64,000 nucleotides of DNA from assembly GCA_963758765.1 (NCBI GenBank), contig CAVWWR010000003.1, positions 1,046,939 through 1,110,938 of the forward strand. The letters run 5' to 3'. A model generated the notes under the pieces. It was not told where the DNA came from, ran no database searches, and saw only the letters and a program-made list of their open reading frames with translations. Position 1 is the stretch's first letter. Each line of letters starts with the position of its first letter. This DNA is from an uncultured Acidimicrobiales bacterium. Lineage in GTDB: Bacteria; Actinomycetota; Acidimicrobiia; Acidimicrobiales; UBA8190. This document shows positions 60,274-64,000 of this stretch, piece by piece. The position numbers and the translations under genes were made by a program.

Positions 60274-61494
60274 GTGCGAAAGATCCTGATGGGACTGGCG
60301 GTTCTATCCTCGATAGCGCTGGTGGGCATCGCGGCGTCCCCTTCGGCTGTGGCCAAGGTCCACAAGGTGAAGGTGCACGATCCGACGATCTACGACAGCA
60401 TCGTGGATCCGAGTCCGGGGGCTCTGCCCAGCTGGGGGTTCCAGGCCACACAGACTGCTGAGTTTGGCAACGAGATCACCTTGGCGGGTACGGCTCGGGT
60501 CCTCGACACCGTCGTGGTGCAGATGCAGAGCTACGTCTGCGGAAACCTTGCCAGCGGAACGTCTTGTGCAACGACTCCGGGGCAGACCTTCACCGAGCCG
60601 ATCACGTTGAACGTTTACAACGCTCCCGCGCTCGGCAATTCGGCGCCTGAGGGCACCCTGATCACCCCTGGCGCTCTGCTCGCCACCCAGACTGTGACCT
60701 TCTCCATTCCCTATCGCCCCTCCGCGGACAACGTGAACTGCACGGGTGCCAGTGCCGGCGACTGGAATGACACGGACATCGATCAAGCGACTGGCGCGCC
60801 GATCGGGTGCTTGGATGCGCTCCTCGATAACGTGACCTTCAACTTTGGGCACGTGACCCTGCCCAACAATGTCGTTTACGGGATCGCCTACAACACCACT
60901 TCGTGGGGATATCACCCCTACGGCAACGCCAACGCCTGTGACGCCAACACAAGCTGCGGCTACGACGGGCTCAACGTGGGCCTTACGAAGGCCTCCGCCC
61001 CCGCTGTGGGCAGCGATCCCGATCCGGGCTCCCTCTTCCACAACGCAGCGGGCACATACGGCTACTGCGACGGTGGTACCTCGCCAGGCGCAGGGGTGGG
61101 AGTATTCCGCCTCGACTCACCGGGCACGGACCTCCAGTGCTGGGAGCCAGGTCCAAACGACACGCCTCCGTACTACATCCCCTCGGTGCAGTTCAACGCC
61201 GTGAACAACTCGGCACCATCCATCACCAGTCTTGCCTTTGGCACGGTGGCAGCCGGTACGCCGTTCTCCTTTGTCATCACCACGACGGGCGTTCCCGCAC
61301 CGACGATCACGGCCACGAGGCTTCCCAAGGGTCTCACCCTGGTCCACGATGGCAATGGCACCGCCACCATCTCGGGAACGGCATTGAACACGGACCACGA
61401 TCGGACGTACATCGTCCACGTCACCGCCAAGAATCACCGGAACTCGTCGGCCAGGCAGCGTCTCCTGCTCACCTTGACCGGCGGGAAGTCCTAG
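60274..61494 (+). CDS. secreted protein of unknown function with a C-terminal Ig-like domain
   Basis: Signal peptide MRKILMGLAVLSSIALVGIAASPSAVA-KV. Cys-rich, Asn/Thr/Gly-rich body. C-terminus PSITSLAFGTVAAGTPFSFVITTTGVPAPTITAT...GTATISGT resembles putative-Ig repeats. Confidence 0.75.
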   Translation: MRKILMGLAVLSSIALVGIAASPSAVAKVHKVKVHDPTIYDSIVDPSPGALPSWGFQATQTAEFGNEITLAGTARVLDTVVVQMQSYVCGNLASGTSCATTPGQTFTEPITLNVYNAPALGNSAPEGTLITPGALLATQTVTFSIPYRPSADNVNCTGASAGDWNDTDIDQATGAPIGCLDALLDNVTFNFGHVTLPNNVVYGIAYNTTSWGYHPYGNANACDANTSCGYDGLNVGLTKASAPAVGSDPDPGSLFHNAAGTYGYCDGGTSPGAGVGVFRLDSPGTDLQCWEPGPNDTPPYYIPSVQFNAVNNSAPSITSLAFGTVAAGTPFSFVITTTGVPAPTITATRLPKGLTLVHDGNGTATISGTALNTDHDRTYIVHVTAKNHRNSSARQRLLLTLTGGKS

Positions 61495-61549
61495 CCGCGG
61501 GAGCTCACTTCCCGGGAGTGCTCGGGGTGTGATTCGTTGGTTGGGTTTC

Positions 61550-61589
61550 GTCGCCCCACGACCTCTGCCCCCGGAGGTCGTGGGGCGAC
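61550..61589. terminator. perfect 16-bp GC-rich hairpin between convergent genes (candidate bidirectional terminator)
   Basis: GTCGCCCCACGACCTC (61550-61565), loop TGCCCCCG, GAGGTCGTGGGGCGAC (61574-61589). Lies between the stops at 61494 (+) and 61609 (-). No clear U-tract. Confidence 0.55.
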
Positions 61590-61608
61590 CTCTGCCGGGC
61601 CTGGGGAC

Positions 61609-62217
61609 TCAGCGCGGCTCGCGCCACATGACCCACATCGTTGGGCCCTTCGGGACCTGCATCTGCTCTGTGACGGTGAAGCCGTGACGGGCGTAGAAGG
61701 AGATGTTCTGCTCTTTTGACGCCTCCAGGTAGACACGCTGGCCGCTTCGGTCGCATCTGTCCAGAACCGGGGCAAGCAATGCGGAAGCGATGCCTTTTCC
61801 CTGGAACTCGGGCTCGGTCCCGAGCATCTGGAGATACCAGTGGGGCTCGGTGGGGTGGTGGCGGTCAAAGTACATGAGTCCACGCGCGCAACCCAGGAGC
61901 CGCTGGCGAAGGAGGCGCGCCATGGTCCAACCCATGCGCGCATTGGTACGCCAACCGAGGGGAAACGTCCCCGGCGGGTTCCAGAATGCCGCGCCTCGGA
62001 GTGACTCGACGGTGTACACCTCGTGGAGCGGGAGAGCCTCGTTGAGAAGCGCCGCGAACAAACGCGGAAGCCTCTGGTGGCGGCTCAACGCCTCGGGGAA
62101 CATCCATGTCATGAGGGGGTCGTCGTCGAAGGATCGAGCCAGTGTTCGAGCCAGCGTCTCGATGTCTGTCGAGCACGCCTTTCGCACGTCGTGCCCGCTC
62201 GTGTTGCTCGGCTCCAT
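61609..62217 (-). CDS. GNAT-family N-acetyltransferase
   Basis: Start MEPSNTSGHDVRKACSTDIETLARTL... Acetyl-CoA motif LQMLGTEPEFQGKGIASALL and YLEASKEQNISFYARHGF. The upstream 129 codons of the listed ORF are rejected. Confidence 0.8.
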   Translation of the reverse strand: MEPSNTSGHDVRKACSTDIETLARTLARSFDDDPLMTWMFPEALSRHQRLPRLFAALLNEALPLHEVYTVESLRGAAFWNPPGTFPLGWRTNARMGWTMARLLRQRLLGCARGLMYFDRHHPTEPHWYLQMLGTEPEFQGKGIASALLAPVLDRCDRSGQRVYLEASKEQNISFYARHGFTVTEQMQVPKGPTMWVMWREPR

Positions 62218-62285
62218 CGGCCCGACGCTACCCGGCTGTCTCCACGCTGGGCGGACGGACCCGTACTTGCCTTGGCGCCGCCCCG

Positions 62286-62585
62286 TCAGCCTTGATGGGG
62301 CTCGGGCTGCGGGACACGCTTGATGGACCTGTACGTGAGGAAGAACGCGGGGAGACCGACGACGACGATGCCCAGAGGAAGAGATACCGTCAAGGCCGTC
62401 AAGGTCCTGTACCCCACGAGTATGGAGACGATGACGCCCATCGTCGCCCCCCAAACCAGGCCCAGGGCGACGCCCAGCGCGATTGCTCCGGCCCATCGAT
62501 GCCCCGTCATCCAATTCGGCCACCGAGAGCCTGATGCGAAGACGGGCGTCTCGGTCACGTCCCAATCTTGCCGCAAAACCCCCAT
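62286..62585 (-). CDS. small hypothetical membrane protein
   Basis: 99 aa with 2-3 hydrophobic segments (WAGAIALGVALGLVWGATMGVIVSILVGY, LPLGIVVVGLPAFFL). No family recognised. Confidence 0.4.
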   Translation of the reverse strand: MGVLRQDWDVTETPVFASGSRWPNWMTGHRWAGAIALGVALGLVWGATMGVIVSILVGYRTLTALTVSLPLGIVVVGLPAFFLTYRSIKRVPQPEPHQG

Positions 62586-62734
62586 CGGGAGACCATCTGG
62601 CCACCGCGGTCCAACTCGCAGAGGCGAGCGGCCAGGGCCCAGGGGACGATGGCTCTTTCCCTGCGATCTCCTATATGCGATGTTGGGCAGGCGGAGTCCG
62701 AGAGCTGGTTGTTAGGATCGCCGAAGGGGCTGTG

Positions 62735-63583
62735 ATGGGGGGAGTACGGGCGGGGCGTCTGTGGTCGGCGGTCGTGACCGTCACGGCCATCGGGGCCCTG
62801 GTCTCGGGCTCGTGGTTGGTGGTGGGAGCCGCAACAGGGTCAACCCCCGTGCGCGGGACGGTCGCGACTGCCGTCCATCACGAGACCGCGAGCCGCAGTC
62901 TCGACCCTCCGACGACGGGCACCACCACGCCCGTCGCGACCGCTCAGCCCGTCGCCACGAGCGTGGCACCGCCCACGAGCGATCCCGCACCCACCACGAC
63001 GGCCGCCCCGGCACCGGCTGCGAGGCCTGTCCCGGTCGCGCCGGCCGTGATCACCACAGCGCCGGCGGCGACACCTCGGGTCCCCAAGCAGCGCAGCGTG
63101 AAATCGGCCGTCGCGGTTCCCGCCCCGACCCAGAACGGCCCGGTGGCCGCGCAATTGATCGGCGTCATCAATCAGCAGGCAAAGCAGCAGGGCCCGATTC
63201 CAGAGACGGCGGACAATGTCGGTCTCTTGGGGCGTTGGATGGCGAACGAGGGAGGTCTGTGGGCCGACAACCCGCTGAACACTTCGCTTGGTGCGGCCTC
63301 GTACCCCCACCAGTACACGGCAAGCGGTCAGGACACCGGCATACCGATCTTCCCCAACCTTTCTTCGGGTCTCGCCGCCACGGCTACGACCCTCCTTTCG
63401 AATCCGTCATACGCAGGGATCTTGAAAGTGCTCCGATCGGGGAGGGCTTCTTGCCTCAAGTTCGCCAAGGTCGTGATCCAATCGCCATGGGCGTCGGGTC
63501 ACTACGACCACAACCCGGCCGGATTCTGTTCAGGCAGGATCGTGCCGGCCCCCAGGGGCCATAAGCCGCGCCATGCCCGGTAG
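62735..63583 (+). CDS. membrane-anchored/secreted protein with a Pro/Thr/Ala-rich linker and a C-terminal globular domain, function unknown
   Basis: MGGVRAGRLWSAVVTVTAIGALVSGSWLVVGA anchor. PTT/PAP-rich linker. C-terminus ...LLGRWMANEGGLWADNPLNTSLG...SNPSYAGILKVL...SPWASGHYD. Confidence 0.65.
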   Translation: MGGVRAGRLWSAVVTVTAIGALVSGSWLVVGAATGSTPVRGTVATAVHHETASRSLDPPTTGTTTPVATAQPVATSVAPPTSDPAPTTTAAPAPAARPVPVAPAVITTAPAATPRVPKQRSVKSAVAVPAPTQNGPVAAQLIGVINQQAKQQGPIPETADNVGLLGRWMANEGGLWADNPLNTSLGAASYPHQYTASGQDTGIPIFPNLSSGLAATATTLLSNPSYAGILKVLRSGRASCLKFAKVVIQSPWASGHYDHNPAGFCSGRIVPAPRGHKPRHAR

Positions 63584-63672
63584 ATTCGAGGGTCCCCCTT
63601 CCTTTGCACCGGTGAAGCTCGTGACGTGCGCCTCCTGGACCGTCTGACACCAACGACGAGAAGCCGCTCACG

Positions 63673-64000
63673 ATGACAGGCATCGCCATCGTCTCGGTCT
63701 GGGTGCTCGACCAGGACTCGGCCAGAGAGTTCTACACCACGCAGTTGGGCTGCGAGCTCACCAACGACATCGTAATGGACAACGGTATGCGCTGGCTGAC
63801 CGTGCGGCCCCCGGGAAGCAACCACCAAGAGCTGTTGCTCATGGATCCGTCACATTCGATGCTCGACGCCGAGACGGCCACGCAGGTCCGCGCCCTCGTG
63901 GCCAAAGGGGCGTTTAGCCCGGGGGTGATGGCCACCACCGATTGCCGTTGGGACCATGTGGTCCTCACCGATCGGGGTGTCGAGTTCACCCAACCTCCGG
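63673..64000 (+). CDS. VOC (glyoxalase-fold) family protein, 5' part (runs off the window)
   Basis: ATG 63673. MTGIAIVSVWVLDQDSAREFYTTQLGCELTNDIVMDNGMRWLTVRPPG...VLTDRGVEFTQPP. Open to the window end, so it is missing from the ORF track. Confidence 0.6.
   Translation, partial: MTGIAIVSVWVLDQDSAREFYTTQLGCELTNDIVMDNGMRWLTVRPPGSNHQELLLMDPSHSMLDAETATQVRALVAKGAFSPGVMATTDCRWDHVVLTDRGVEFTQPP

Overview
This is a high-GC, actinobacterial-type chromosomal segment. The protein signatures suggest Actinomycetota, possibly Acidimicrobiia, but I could not run a taxonomic search. I support about 65 protein-coding genes, 2 tRNAs (Cys-GCA, Val-GAC), and several tandem repeats and hairpins. I found no rRNA, CRISPR array, transposase, integrase or prophage signature. 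The main feature is a ~15 kb same-strand locus (about 30.1-45.4 kb) with many overlapping stop/start codons. It encodes a group 1h (Hhy / actinobacterial 'high-affinity') [NiFe]-hydrogenase: a PadR regulator, YceI-like protein, hhyS, hhyL, a NifU-like protein, three conserved proteins of unknown function, the maturation endopeptidase, an unlisted 34-aa membrane micro-ORF, a second YceI-like protein, hypA, hypC, hypD, hypF, a SIS-like/HypC-like fusion, a SIS (GmhA-like) protein and hypE. No hypB is present. The remaining genes are mixed housekeeping and accessory functions: pyrF, zwf, glnD, an acyl-ACP desaturase, an enoyl-CoA hydratase, an ABC-2 exporter, an MFS pump, two L,D-transpeptidases, an S53 peptidase, a pentapeptide-repeat protein, two PhyH-type dioxygenases, five VOC/glyoxalase-fold genes, and lipoproteins and membrane proteins of unknown function. 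One caveat affects the whole window. At 11 or more sites a well-conserved gene continues in a different reading frame after an apparent single-base indel, and three of these sit in G homopolymers. I read this as probable consensus or assembly error rather than decay, and it needs read-level confirmation. Family names (DUF numbers etc.) are recalled from motif recognition, not from a database search.
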